Shown in pieces: positions 21,584-31,464 of a stretch of 64,000 nt of DNA. Both the position numbers and the translations under genes were made by a program. The DNA is from Candidatus Bathyarchaeota archaeon. GTDB lineage: Archaea > Thermoproteota > Bathyarchaeia > Bathyarchaeales > Bathycorpusculaceae. Position 1 is the stretch's first letter; each line of letters begins with the position of its first letter. The notes under the pieces were generated by a model. It was not told the DNA's origin and did no database searches. It worked only from the letters and a program-made list of their open reading frames with translations. The stretch lies in NCBI GenBank assembly GCA_963806535.1, contig CAWDYC010000006.1, positions 32,001-96,000 on the forward strand, read 5' to 3'.

Positions 21584-22138
21584 TTATACACTTGTTGTTT
21601 TTAACTGAATCAGTGAGTACACATCGTACTTATTGCCCAAAACTTTTCTACCGTCCAAATAACCTAATTCAATTAGAAAACCCAAACCAACGACGTTGCC
21701 ACCTAATTTCTCAACCAATTCAATGTTTGCCTTTACGGTTCCACCTGTTGCAAGTAAATCATCTATTATCAGAATGTTCGCACCTTTCTGAATGGCGTCT
21801 TCATGGATCTCGATTGCGTCGCTTTCATATTCTTTCTTGTAAGTTAGGTTAACGCATTTGTAGGGAAGCTTGCCCTTTTTGCGAACGGGAACAAAGCCGA
21901 CGCCCAATTCGTATGCCAATGCTGCGCCAATTATGAAACCTCTTGCTTCATTTGAAACGATTGCGTCGATTGATTTGCCTTTATAATGGTCAGCTAATTG
22001 TTTAATGGCTGCATGGAAGCAGACTTTGTCTTTCAAAAGTGGCGTGATATCCCAGAACACCACACCTTTAAACTCTGGAATTCTTCGAACTTTAGATTTT
22101 AGGTCAATATCAATTGTTTTCTCAGGTTTAGTCATATT
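21584..22138 (-). CDS. apt: Adenine phosphoribosyltransferase
   Basis: FWDITPLL, EARGFI, VRKKGKLP and IIDDLLATGGT motifs. Confidence 0.93.
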   Translation of the reverse strand, partial: NMTKPEKTIDIDLKSKVRRIPEFKGVVFWDITPLLKDKVCFHAAIKQLADHYKGKSIDAIVSNEARGFIIGAALAYELGVGFVPVRKKGKLPYKCVNLTYKKEYESDAIEIHEDAIQKGANILIIDDLLATGGTVKANIELVEKLGGNVVGLGFLIELGYLDGRKVLGNKYDVYSLIQLKTTSV

Positions 22139-22145
22139 CTTCGCC

Positions 22146-22931
22146 TTACACAAATGCTCCTTTTAGCGCTTGATTACATGTACAGCTACATTCATTGGGA
22201 GTTTTAGCCACTGTTTCAGCGATTATGCGCTTGACCTTTTCGATATTAGATTTCATTGTGTCGAGGATGTCGTCAACGCAGACTACATGGTCTTTCCAAA
22301 CGTCGTAGTCGGTGACTGTTGATATGGAAGCATAGCAAATTTCGGCTTCTCTTGCCAAAACACATTCAGGAACAAGCGTCATTCCAACCACGTCTGCGCC
22401 CCATTGACGGTACATTTTTGATTCTGCTTTGCTTGAGAAGCGAGGCCCTTCGATGCAAACGTAGGTTCCCGTTTCATGCATTTTGATGTTCATTTCCTTC
22501 GCGACGGATATTATGGTTTTTCTTAGGTCAGGGCACATAGGTTCAGCCACAGAAATATGGCAAACCTTGTTTTCCGTGTAAAAAGATTGTTCTCGTCGAG
22601 TTGTCCGGTCTAGGAATTGATCAACAAAAACGATTTCGCCTGGATGATACTCCTCTCGCAAAGAGCCAACAGTTGAAGGGGCAAGAATACGTTTTACACC
22701 AAGCCGCTTTAAAGCAAAAATGTTTGCCCTAACGTTGATGTCAGTTGGTCTGATAGTGTGTTTTTTTCCATGTCTGGGTAAGAAGGCCACGAATTTACCG
22801 CCGAGTTCTCCAACGGTTATGGTGTCTGAGGGCTTGCCATAGGGTGTTTCCATTGCAACTTCTTGAACGTTTTTGAGAAGTTTAGGATCGTATAGACCTG
22901 TTCCACCGATTACTCCAAATTCAGCTTGCAT
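22146..22931 (-). CDS. mtnP: S-methyl-5'-thioadenosine phosphorylase
   Basis: GVIGGTG, LPRHG, EGPRFS, VGMT and VTDYD motifs. Confidence 0.92.
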   Translation of the reverse strand: MQAEFGVIGGTGLYDPKLLKNVQEVAMETPYGKPSDTITVGELGGKFVAFLPRHGKKHTIRPTDINVRANIFALKRLGVKRILAPSTVGSLREEYHPGEIVFVDQFLDRTTRREQSFYTENKVCHISVAEPMCPDLRKTIISVAKEMNIKMHETGTYVCIEGPRFSSKAESKMYRQWGADVVGMTLVPECVLAREAEICYASISTVTDYDVWKDHVVCVDDILDTMKSNIEKVKRIIAETVAKTPNECSCTCNQALKGAFV

Positions 22932-23013
22932 GTCATTATCTTCAGGCGTTCACCTTATAAAAATACCGACAACAAACTTAGTATAATCCAATTTAGCAGG
23001 GTTTTTGCTTTAA

Positions 23014-23121
23014 AGAACAATAACAGTTGGTGTTAGCACTGGTGTTGTTCTTCTCTGATAGAAGAAGGACGGCTGGAAATAGCACATCCTACTTCTTCTC
23101 TGCTTCAGAAAGAAAAAGAAA
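23014..23121 (-). repeat. Dispersed hairpin element, copy C (longest)
   Basis: Its reverse complement aligns with both 11448-11514 and 14742-14830. Confidence 0.85.
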
Positions 23122-23235
23122 ACATGTGAGGGCACGCTTCTTCTTCTTTTTCAGATAGACTAAAAATATTGATTTAAATAATTACGTTCATTGAACAATC
23201 ACAGAGGCAAGCGTGTGTGAAGAGCGTGTGTAAAA

Positions 23236-23592
23236 TTGAGTCATAAACACGAAATTAAAAAAACCCACATCACAATTGTTGAATTCGACGACGTCATATT
23301 CACCAAATTAGCAAAAGACACCCGATATTTTGGCGAAGGTAACTCGAAGGGAAGAAAATTGGAGTTTGATTTTGAATATTGTCTTGGCTGTGGCCTAAGA
23401 TTGCTAGATGGCAAACCGATTATGACCAAGGATATATTAGAGGAAGAATTCGAAAGATTAGTTGCTAAAGCAAAAAACAATAACTATGTTAGCTCTGAGC
23501 AAACAACCATGCAGCATACCGACTTTGAAACATTTGAACGATTAATTAAAAGTGCTTTAGCTTTTGGTAAACTCAAAGAAAGCAAACCCTAA
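23236..23592 (+). CDS. Hypothetical protein (H...CxxC)
   Basis: ORF track; HKH and YCLGC. Confidence 0.5.
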   Translation: MSHKHEIKKTHITIVEFDDVIFTKLAKDTRYFGEGNSKGRKLEFDFEYCLGCGLRLLDGKPIMTKDILEEEFERLVAKAKNNNYVSSEQTTMQHTDFETFERLIKSALAFGKLKESKP

Positions 23593-23634
23593 CAAAACTC
23601 ATTAAATTTTTAAAAAAAATAGAAAAAGAAAAAA

Positions 23635-24879
23635 TTATGATACTTTACCTATGCTAACTGAAATTGTTTGTGTTTGACCATTCCGAATTACAGTGAAATC
23701 AACGGTTTGACTAGGAAGCGTATGCTGTTCTAAATAGGACAGCAAATCGTCAGTGTTTGTTATTCTTGAGCCGTTAATGGCGATTATGATATCTCCGCCT
23801 GTCACAACGGTTGAGCCTAAGACTGAGGTTTGGGTTGATCCGCCTTTGAGCCCGTTTTGCGTTGAAACGCTTTCTACGAGCCACCCGTATGTTGTGGTTG
23901 TTCCGATGGCTTGTGCAATTTGGTAGTTCATGTCTGTTCCTTGTGCGTTGATGGTTGGATGTTGGTTGTATGAACCGGATGTTACCAATGAGGCGAGTTC
24001 ACGCATTATGGTTTCGGACGGGATAGCAAATCCTAAACCGTTAGAGTTGCTTACCCCTGCAGTGGTTATGCCGACTACGTCGCCTTCATAGTTGATTAGT
24101 GGTCCTCCAGAGTTGCCTGGGTTGATTGCAGTGCTTGTTTGGATTATGTCTGGGATTGTGGGTCCTTGAGATTGGCTTGTGCTTGAATCTTCAGTTATGG
24201 TTCTGCCAAGAGCGCTGATTACGCCTGTTGTGAGTGTTCCTGACAGTCCGAATGGAGTACCTATGGCAACGACTGGGTCGCCGACTTGCAGACTTGACGA
24301 GCTAAGCAAAGTCAACGAGGGCAAATCGGTGGGCATTTGGTTTGTGGTGACGACGGCTAAGTCGGCTAATGGGTCTGAGGCGATTTCTGTTGCAGGGTAG
24401 CTTTCGCCGTCCGCAAAGGTTACGGTTATGTTAATTGCGTCTTGAACGACATGGTTGTTAGTAATGATAACTTGTTGGTTGTTTACGGTTGTTACGAAGC
24501 CGGAGCCTTGCTGTTGAGAACATACAGTTTGACCAAACATTGTATACTCTTTTAATATGTCTTGGATAACGACGACCGAGTTTTTCACTTGTGAATATAG
24601 TTGAGCTAAGGAAACGTTTCCGTCTAACTGATAGGTAGTATTTGAGGAAGGAACATACGCGGAGTTAAAAGCGGCATTCTGTAAATCCGACTGCAAAGTG
24701 TTGATTTTGCCATTTAGCGTTGAGTAGCTAAAAGCATAGCCGATTAAGCCGCCCGTCATCAATCCCACCAGAACTAGCCCGATTAAAAACAAAGCAGAAA
24801 AACGCTTCGTCTTGGGCTGCTGAGCGGGCGATGGAGAAGATGAAGGCGCTTGAGGTAAAGGAGAGGGAGTCTCCGTCAG
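23635..24879 (-). CDS. HtrA/DegP-like membrane-anchored serine protease with PDZ domain (paralog 1; probable CTG start)
   Basis: TNNHV, DLAV and GNSGGP triad motifs plus PDZ (GDIIIAING). Frame is open to CTG 24879, which overlaps the upstream TGA. Confidence 0.9.
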   Translation of the reverse strand: MTETPSPLPQAPSSSPSPAQQPKTKRFSALFLIGLVLVGLMTGGLIGYAFSYSTLNGKINTLQSDLQNAAFNSAYVPSSNTTYQLDGNVSLAQLYSQVKNSVVVIQDILKEYTMFGQTVCSQQQGSGFVTTVNNQQVIITNNHVVQDAINITVTFADGESYPATEIASDPLADLAVVTTNQMPTDLPSLTLLSSSSLQVGDPVVAIGTPFGLSGTLTTGVISALGRTITEDSSTSQSQGPTIPDIIQTSTAINPGNSGGPLINYEGDVVGITTAGVSNSNGLGFAIPSETIMRELASLVTSGSYNQHPTINAQGTDMNYQIAQAIGTTTTYGWLVESVSTQNGLKGGSTQTSVLGSTVVTGGDIIIAINGSRITNTDDLLSYLEQHTLPSQTVDFTVIRNGQTQTISVSIGKVS

Positions 24880-25733
24880 GCATCACCTTTAGCGTCGTCA
24901 GTGTTGTTTTGGCTGCTAGTGGTTTGTAATATGTTGTATTGTAATTTGTGTGTTGGCAGACTTTTTCCGCAGGATGGGCATGCTTGGTTTTCAGGTTGTA
25001 GTTTGGCGTGGCAATAGGGGCAAATAAGTTTTTTTGCCAAGTGTAGTCCTTCTTTTTCTTTGGTTATTTTTCCGTCTGTAAGGAATAGCATTCGTTCGGT
25101 GTGAGCTGCGACTTGTCCGTCATGTGTTACCATGATTATGGTTGTTCCATGTTTGAGGTTGAGGTTTGCAAGCAGCTTGACGGTTTCCTGTTTGTTTTTT
25201 ATGTCTAGGTTTCCTGTGGGTTCGTCGGCTAAGATGATGGCTGGGTCATTGGCTAATGCTCGGGCTATGGCTACTCGTTGTTGCTCTCCTTGGCTGAGTC
25301 GTTGGGGTCTATGTGATTCGCGTCCAGATAAACCGACCATTCCAAGCAGTTCATTGGCTCTTTCGCTTCGGTTATCGCTGAATTTTCCTGCAAGTTCCAT
25401 CGCTAACTCAACATTTTCCCGTGCATTTAGGTATGGCAAGAGGTTGAAGCTTTGGAATACGAAACCTATTTTGTCTCTTCGAATCTTGTAGAGTTGCGAT
25501 TCAGGTAAGGTTGCGATGTTAATGTTGTCTATGAGCACTTTGCCTTTGGTTGGTTTGTCGATGCAGCCCATTATGTTTAGCAGGGTTGTTTTGCCGGAGC
25601 CTGAGGGTCCCATGATTGCTGTGAATTCGCCTTTCTTGATTTCAAGGTTCAGATTGGTTAGGGGCTGTACTTCTCGTTTGCCAAGGGTGTAGGTTTTTGT
25701 CAGGTTTTCGATTTTCAATACTAGCTCACTCAT
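24876..25733 (-). CDS. MacB/LolD-type ABC ATPase with C-terminal zinc ribbon (paralog 1)
   Basis: GPSGSGKT, LSQGEQQRV, DEPTGNLD and VTHD motifs; CPYC...CPSC tail. Confidence 0.92.
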   Translation of the reverse strand: MSELVLKIENLTKTYTLGKREVQPLTNLNLEIKKGEFTAIMGPSGSGKTTLLNIMGCIDKPTKGKVLIDNINIATLPESQLYKIRRDKIGFVFQSFNLLPYLNARENVELAMELAGKFSDNRSERANELLGMVGLSGRESHRPQRLSQGEQQRVAIARALANDPAIILADEPTGNLDIKNKQETVKLLANLNLKHGTTIIMVTHDGQVAAHTERMLFLTDGKITKEKEGLHLAKKLICPYCHAKLQPENQACPSCGKSLPTHKLQYNILQTTSSQNNTDDAKGDA

Positions 25734-27186
25734 AACGCATTGCCTCCGCTGGTCTTGTTTTTGCTGCTCGCCACGCTGGGTACAAGCTGCCAACTATGCC
25801 TAACAGAACTGCTGTACCAAAACCAATGAGCATAAACTCAGGGCTTACGTTGATTGCAGGAGTTGAAGCTCCAGAGTTAATTGATACAATTGTAGCGCCG
25901 CTGTAGGACCCTAATGAATTTCCCAAAGCTGGAAGCAGAAGTGATGATAGGTATGGTGCTGCAATTGTGCCTATGACAACACCTACTACTCCTGCAAGAA
26001 CGCTTAGCAGGATGCCTTCGACTAGGAATTGGCCCATTACGGTTCTGTTGCTTGCGCCCATTGCTTTGAGTGTGCCGATTTCTTTGGTCCTTTCTCGAAC
26101 GGTGTAAAGCATAACGAAGAGCACGATTATGCTTGTTGCTGTGACTGCTATGACGATTTCTTCAAGAGCTTGTGTTTGAGTTTGATTCATCGTGTCTTGA
26201 GCACTTTTTAGTTGGCTGTCGTACATTGACTGCATTTGGTTAAGTTGGCTTAGTCGATCCTGCGCTGTTTGGACGTTGATTTCTGGATGCAACGAACTTA
26301 TTGTTGTTGCATCTGATGTTACGTCGTTCTTGTTGTCTGCAAACACGTTAAGTTGGGTAATAATGCCAGTGCTATTGGTCAAGGCTTGTGCTTCTGTTAG
26401 GTCCATGTAGACTAGCTGGTTGTCTGAGGTTCCTGTAGGTGAGTATATTCCTACTACTGTGAAGTTAGTGCTTAGTATATCGACTGTGTCGCCTACACCT
26501 TTTCCGAAATATGCTGAGCTGTTTTCGCTAAGCAACACGTCTCCTTTTTCGCCAGGTATCAAGTTCCTTCCTGCGGTAATGTTTGTGGGTAGTATTGGGT
26601 AATTGTCGATTAATGATGAGTTCAAAGGTATGCCTTCGATGATGTAGTCAGGCACTGTGATGTTGAAGCTCGTAGGTATGCTTGAAGGTACTGTTCCTTC
26701 GCTTGTCATGATATGTGGAGTTACTGTTTGATTGTGGCCCTCTACCACTTGGAGTATTGGTTCTACTGCGGCTATTCCAGATACTGTATTGTTGATGTCT
26801 TCGTATTGGCTTTCATTCATGGGTTTCATTGATCCGCCGCCGAGTGCACCACCACCGTAGTTTATGACAGGGCCGTTTCCTGAACCTCCGATGGGCCCGC
26901 CAGTAGTGCTGGTGCTAGAGCCCGAGGTGCTGAAACCGAAACCAGTAGGTGCGGATTGGGTGAGGCTGCATTGTATTTGTGTTAGAGTCTGGTTGATTTT
27001 TGCCTCAGTTTGAGTTATCGTGTTCCCTAAACCGTTGGTTAAGTTGTTTGTCGCTGATTGGCTAGCGGCTATGCTTGGTGGTATGGCGATTAATATTGCC
27101 ATGCAGAAGCCTAGGGCGATTACTACCAGTAATGCTCTTATTTTTCGTCTTGATAAGTTTCTGAACGCTCTGCTAAGTATTCCCAG
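25726..27186 (-). CDS. MacB/FtsX-family ABC permease (paralog 1; probable CTG start)
   Basis: ERTKEIGTLKAMG and YPAWRAA motifs. N-terminus GILSRAFRNLSRRKIR follows CTG 27186 with an AGGTG SD. Confidence 0.92.
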   Translation of the reverse strand: MGILSRAFRNLSRRKIRALLVVIALGFCMAILIAIPPSIAASQSATNNLTNGLGNTITQTEAKINQTLTQIQCSLTQSAPTGFGFSTSGSSTSTTGGPIGGSGNGPVINYGGGALGGGSMKPMNESQYEDINNTVSGIAAVEPILQVVEGHNQTVTPHIMTSEGTVPSSIPTSFNITVPDYIIEGIPLNSSLIDNYPILPTNITAGRNLIPGEKGDVLLSENSSAYFGKGVGDTVDILSTNFTVVGIYSPTGTSDNQLVYMDLTEAQALTNSTGIITQLNVFADNKNDVTSDATTISSLHPEINVQTAQDRLSQLNQMQSMYDSQLKSAQDTMNQTQTQALEEIVIAVTATSIIVLFVMLYTVRERTKEIGTLKAMGASNRTVMGQFLVEGILLSVLAGVVGVVIGTIAAPYLSSLLLPALGNSLGSYSGATIVSINSGASTPAINVSPEFMLIGFGTAVLLGIVGSLYPAWRAAKTRPAEAMRYE

Positions 27187-27274
27187 TTGAGTGCACCTTC
27201 TTGTTTTTTGTTAATTGTTGTTGTTTTGTTGGGGTTTGTTTCATTTAGATCCCATTATTTAGATTCATAGTAGT

Positions 27275-27324
27275 TACTACTATTGATAGTAGCAATAATA
27301 TAAGCGTTACTACTGCCAATAGTA
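27275..27324. promoter_or_regulatory. Two TACTAC-N5-ATAGTA operators flanking the TATA box of permease operon 1
   Basis: 27275-27291 TACTAC-TATTG-ATAGTA and 27308-27324 TACTAC-TGCCA-ATAGTA. Minus-strand TTATATTA lies between them. Confidence 0.75.
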
Positions 27325-27384
27325 ACTTACTTCAACGCAAAAAACAAAAAGAAGCAACAAAAAATTTAACAAATAAAAAAAGGC

Positions 27385-28818
27385 TCAGGGAACAAAACTA
27401 ATATTTTGAGGACCAAACACAAAAAAATCATTCATTGGACCGAAACCTGCCTGAGAATCAACCAAAGTACCATTATTAGCTATCAAAACCACCGCATTAC
27501 TGTCGACACCAGAAAACATTTGACGCATCGGCGAATCTATGTATAAAGAACTACTCGAATTTCCTCCGACTACACCATCAGACCCGACTCCGCCTAATCC
27601 AGCAAAACCATAACCAGTAGTTTTCAAAGCCGCTGGAGAAGGAACCTTGAGTTGATGTGAAGCCGTGTAGTCTGTTTGTATGTTAACCATTGCGAAGCTA
27701 ACAGCAATTACAGAACAAAGAAGCACCAGAGTCAAAACAAAACTAAAAAAGACCTGGCGCTGATTTAAATGACCATGCGTCTTTGGCTCAGAAATATTTC
27801 TTAGTCGCTTATCCAAACGTGGATGAGTTGAAAGAATGCCGAGTCTATGCAACAGCGAGGAGGTAACTAAAAGATTTGAAGAGAAATTAACCAATATGCT
27901 TTCTTTAGGCAAACTTTCGATGGCTTTACAAATTTTTGCAAGCGCATTCCCAAACGAAGCGGGCTTTTCAGATAATTCGACGGCACGTTCATCAGCGTAC
28001 ATTTCTCTTTCCCTTTGGCCTGTTGACGAAACAACATAGGCAAGCGGATTGAAAAATGAAACAATCGTTAAAGCGGATGACACTATTTTGTAGAAGAAGT
28101 CATGGTGTTCTACGTGTCCCAATTCATGTGAGGCCACAGCGGCTATTTCATCATGGTCAAGTATGTTTAGTAGGCCAATTGAAAAAACAATTGTTGACGT
28201 TTCCCCATAGCCGATGGTGAAGGCGTTAGGTCGCAGATCCTCGACAAGCCCGATTTTCGGAGTTGAAATCGATAATTTGCTGGATAATTCTGATACTTTT
28301 GTTTGAAGCCATTGATGCTCGCCTGGAGCAAGCGAAATTACATGAAGGACTTTTCTTGCAACTCGGTCATCAGCTGCTAGCATGGATAATGTAAAGAATC
28401 CGCCTGCAGCTAACCCGATTAAGCACAATATTCCAGTTACGGAGAAAATTGAGGTTGTCGGTGCTTGTGCAGTTGAGATGACAAGACCTGGAGGCGGCAG
28501 AGAGTGCAAAGGCAAATTAAAAGCAAGGGCATTGAATGCCCCCCTTGTGTCAATAGCGTTATTGCCAGTGGTAATTGAACCTGTAACGGCTTTAAAGAGG
28601 GGGCTGCTTGTTTGAATGGTTGCTGAGGGTACGAAGATAAGCATGACTATAAATGGAACAGCTAATGGAACAAGGTACAGTAGGCTTTTTGTTCGTTGCC
28701 CGAGGAAATTGGTGAAACGTGAAAGAGCTTTAATGCAAACAAACGATAAAACCAGAGATAATACTGAATAGTAGAAATACGGTTGAAAAATCTGGTTAAG
28801 GATTGTTTCAAAGATCAT
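27385..28818 (-). CDS. BlaR1-like membrane zinc metalloprotease (M56/M48)
   Basis: PNAFT, HELGH, EMYAD and THP motifs; multi-TM; overlaps blaI (ATGA). Confidence 0.85.
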   Translation of the reverse strand: MIFETILNQIFQPYFYYSVLSLVLSFVCIKALSRFTNFLGQRTKSLLYLVPLAVPFIVMLIFVPSATIQTSSPLFKAVTGSITTGNNAIDTRGAFNALAFNLPLHSLPPPGLVISTAQAPTTSIFSVTGILCLIGLAAGGFFTLSMLAADDRVARKVLHVISLAPGEHQWLQTKVSELSSKLSISTPKIGLVEDLRPNAFTIGYGETSTIVFSIGLLNILDHDEIAAVASHELGHVEHHDFFYKIVSSALTIVSFFNPLAYVVSSTGQREREMYADERAVELSEKPASFGNALAKICKAIESLPKESILVNFSSNLLVTSSLLHRLGILSTHPRLDKRLRNISEPKTHGHLNQRQVFFSFVLTLVLLCSVIAVSFAMVNIQTDYTASHQLKVPSPAALKTTGYGFAGLGGVGSDGVVGGNSSSSLYIDSPMRQMFSGVDSNAVVLIANNGTLVDSQAGFGPMNDFFVFGPQNISFVP

Positions 28819-29294
28819 TCAGGCACTTTCCCCGAATCATTGGTTTTTTTCTTTTTTGCCATATTCTCATTTAACTGTAGTTTTAGGGCTTTGCGTTCTT
28901 CTTCGCTTAAGCAAGTTTCATCTACGAGACAGTTAGCAACTACTTCGCCAAAATTATCGATAAGACTGGAAAGAACTTCCCGAACGGCAGATTTCTGAAA
29001 ATTCAGTTTTTCAAGTGCTGGCCAATAAACATAATATAGGCCACCTCTGCCCTTCTCTATTTTACGGTCAAGCAGATGCTTCTCGAAAAGGCGGTCCATG
29101 GTCGACATAACTGTTGTGTATGCAATGTTCTTTGTTTTTTTGAGTGCTTCATGGATTTCTCTTACTGTAATAGGTGTTTTCTTTGAAGCCCAAATTGATT
29201 CCATAACGCTGGATTCTAATGGGCCTAAAAAAGCTTCTAAGGCTTTGCCGTCTATGTTGTATTGTGAGACGTCTGGTTTTTTGTCTTCAGCCAT
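28815..29294 (-). CDS. BlaI/MecI/CopY-family repressor
   Basis: LGPLESSVMESIW, TVREI and AYTTVMSTMDRL motifs. Confidence 0.92.
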   Translation of the reverse strand: MAEDKKPDVSQYNIDGKALEAFLGPLESSVMESIWASKKTPITVREIHEALKKTKNIAYTTVMSTMDRLFEKHLLDRKIEKGRGGLYYVYWPALEKLNFQKSAVREVLSSLIDNFGEVVANCLVDETCLSEEERKALKLQLNENMAKKKKTNDSGKVPE

Positions 29295-29311
29295 GGGTGT
29301 TGCAACCGCAC

Positions 29312-29328
29312 TACTATCACCTATAGTA
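29312..29328. promoter_or_regulatory. TACTAT-N5-ATAGTA operator immediately downstream of the blaI TATA box
   Basis: TACTAT-CACCT-ATAGTA. Minus-strand TTAAATA at 29331-29337. Confidence 0.75.
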
Positions 29329-29384
29329 GCTATTTAAGTTTTCGAAACATTACTTTTTCCAAATTGGAAATCAGCCAGTTCAAG

Positions 29385-30617
29385 CTAAGACACTTTTCCG
29401 ATTGTAACGTCAACTGTTTGCGTTTGCCCTGTTCTTACTACGGTGAAATTGGCTGTTTGACCAGGCAACGTATGCTGCTCCAGATAAGACAACAAATCAT
29501 CGGTGTTAGTTATTCTTACTCCGTTAATGGCGGTTATTATGTCGCCGCCAAGGACTACGTTTGATCCTAAAATTGTTGCTTGCGTTGAACCACCTTTAAG
29601 ACCATTCTGTGCTGATACGCTTTCAACAAGCCATCCGTAAGTAACGGTTGTCTTCATGGCTTGAGCAATCTGATAATTCATATCTGTTCCTTGTGCGTTA
29701 ATTGTTGGATGCTGAGTATATGAACCGGAAGTAACTAAGGAGCTGACTTCACGCGAAATGGTGTCAGAGGGAATTGCAAAACCTAACCCTTGGGAGTTAC
29801 TTATTCCTGCAGTTGTGATGCCGACAACCTCGCCCGCATAATCTAGGAGGGGACCTCCTGAATTGCCTGGATTAATGGCTGTGCTTGTTTGTATGATATC
29901 TGGAATTGTTTGGCCAGCACTGTTTGAGCTTGATTGTTCAGTGATTGTTCGTCCTAAGGCGCTAATAACGCCCGTTGTTAAGGTTCCAGATAAGCCGTAA
30001 GGTGAACCCACGGCAACAACTGGGTCTCCAACATTCAAAGTATCGGAGCTAACAAGCGTCAAGGAAGCTAATCCACTGGGCATCGGAGAAATTGAAAGAA
30101 CTGCAAGATCAGCAAGTGGGTCAGAACCTAATACTTTGGCTGGGTAAGAATTGCCGTCGGCAAAAGTAACCGTTTCGTTGATTGCATCTTGAATTACATG
30201 GTTGTTAGTGACAACTACTTGTTGGCTGTTTACAGTTGCTATGAACCCTGAACCCTGTTGTTGAGAGTAACCAGCTAAATTGCCAAAGAAATTGTAAGCA
30301 GGAACGAGATCTTGAACTATAACCACTGACGATTTGACTTGTTGATAAAGACTGGAAAGTGATACATTCGAGCCGATTACGTATGTGGAGTTCGGATAAA
30401 CAGTATTCGTTGGATTTTGAGTAAAACTTTGTAATTGACTTTGCAGGGTATTGAGTCTTGAATTGAAATTCGAATAAGTCAAGGCAAAACCGATTAAGCC
30501 TCCTGCAACCAAGCCTATGAGAACAAGAACTACTAAAAGAACTGCTGAAAAACGCTTTGTTTTTTGTGGCGGTGGAATTGAAGGAATTGTTGGTATAGGT
30601 GGAGTTGGAATTTCCAT
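29385..30617 (-). CDS. HtrA/DegP-like serine protease with PDZ domain (paralog 2)
   Basis: TNNHV, DLAV and GNSGGP motifs; highly similar to paralog 1. Confidence 0.92.
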   Translation of the reverse strand: MEIPTPPIPTIPSIPPPQKTKRFSAVLLVVLVLIGLVAGGLIGFALTYSNFNSRLNTLQSQLQSFTQNPTNTVYPNSTYVIGSNVSLSSLYQQVKSSVVIVQDLVPAYNFFGNLAGYSQQQGSGFIATVNSQQVVVTNNHVIQDAINETVTFADGNSYPAKVLGSDPLADLAVLSISPMPSGLASLTLVSSDTLNVGDPVVAVGSPYGLSGTLTTGVISALGRTITEQSSSNSAGQTIPDIIQTSTAINPGNSGGPLLDYAGEVVGITTAGISNSQGLGFAIPSDTISREVSSLVTSGSYTQHPTINAQGTDMNYQIAQAMKTTVTYGWLVESVSAQNGLKGGSTQATILGSNVVLGGDIITAINGVRITNTDDLLSYLEQHTLPGQTANFTVVRTGQTQTVDVTIGKVS

Positions 30618-30660
30618 TATATATTCCTCAAATAAGTCTCAATTTGTGACATTTATAGCC

Positions 30661-31464
30661 TCAGAATATTTCATCGTTTGCGTAAATAGACTTTTTGCAA
30701 GCTGGACATTTATCGTCATTTATTTGAATATTGCTTCCACAGTGTGGGCATTTATGGTTCTTTTTGTTTGAATGCAGACCTTGCATCTCTTTAACTATTT
30801 TTCCGTCTTTGAGCAGAAGCATTCGTTCCGTATTGCGTGCAGCTTGACTATCATGCGTGACCATGATAATAGTAGTACCTTGTGTGAGATTGAGGTTTGC
30901 AAGCAACTTGATAATTCCTTGCTTATTCTGGCTATCCAAGTTTCCTGTAGGTTCGTCAGCAAGAATAAAAGCGGGATTATTTGCCAAAGCCCGGGCGATT
31001 GCCACTCTTTGCTGCTCTCCAGCGCTGAGACGTTGCGGTCTGTGTCCTTCTCTTCCTGAAAGACCAACCATTTCTAAGAGTTCGCTTGCTTTTTTCTTCC
31101 TTTCGCTCTTTGATTTGATTCTTCCTTCCATTGGTAACTCGACATTTTCTCTAGCGTTTAAGTATGGCAATAGGTTGAAGGTTTGAAATACGAAACCCAT
31201 CTTGTCTCTTCTGATCTTGTAAAGCTGGTTTTCTGGGAGGTTTGAAACTTCGATGCCGTCTAGAAGGACCTGACCGCTTGTGGGTTTATCAATGCAGCCT
31301 ATAACGTTTAGCAGTGTCGTTTTGCCTGAGCCTGAAGGACCCATAATTGCCACGAATTCACCAGAGTTTATCGTTAGATTCAGATTTGATAGAGCTTGGA
31401 CGTCGCGTTTGCCAAGATGGTACGATTTACTTAATTTTTCGATTTGCAATACTGGTTTACTCAT
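30661..31464 (-). CDS. MacB/LolD-type ABC ATPase with C-terminal zinc ribbon (paralog 2)
   Basis: Walker A/B, LSAGEQQR, CPHC...CPAC tail. Confidence 0.92.
   Translation of the reverse strand: MSKPVLQIEKLSKSYHLGKRDVQALSNLNLTINSGEFVAIMGPSGSGKTTLLNVIGCIDKPTSGQVLLDGIEVSNLPENQLYKIRRDKMGFVFQTFNLLPYLNARENVELPMEGRIKSKSERKKKASELLEMVGLSGREGHRPQRLSAGEQQRVAIARALANNPAFILADEPTGNLDSQNKQGIIKLLANLNLTQGTTIIMVTHDSQAARNTERMLLLKDGKIVKEMQGLHSNKKNHKCPHCGSNIQINDDKCPACKKSIYANDEIF

Noticed and set aside
23056-23095. Hammerhead ribozyme or group II intron domain V reading (CTGATAGA...GAAA; GAAA tetraloop with AC bulge)
   Set aside because: The CUGAnGA core and AGC triad are not conserved across copies, and the wobble pattern favours the opposite strand.
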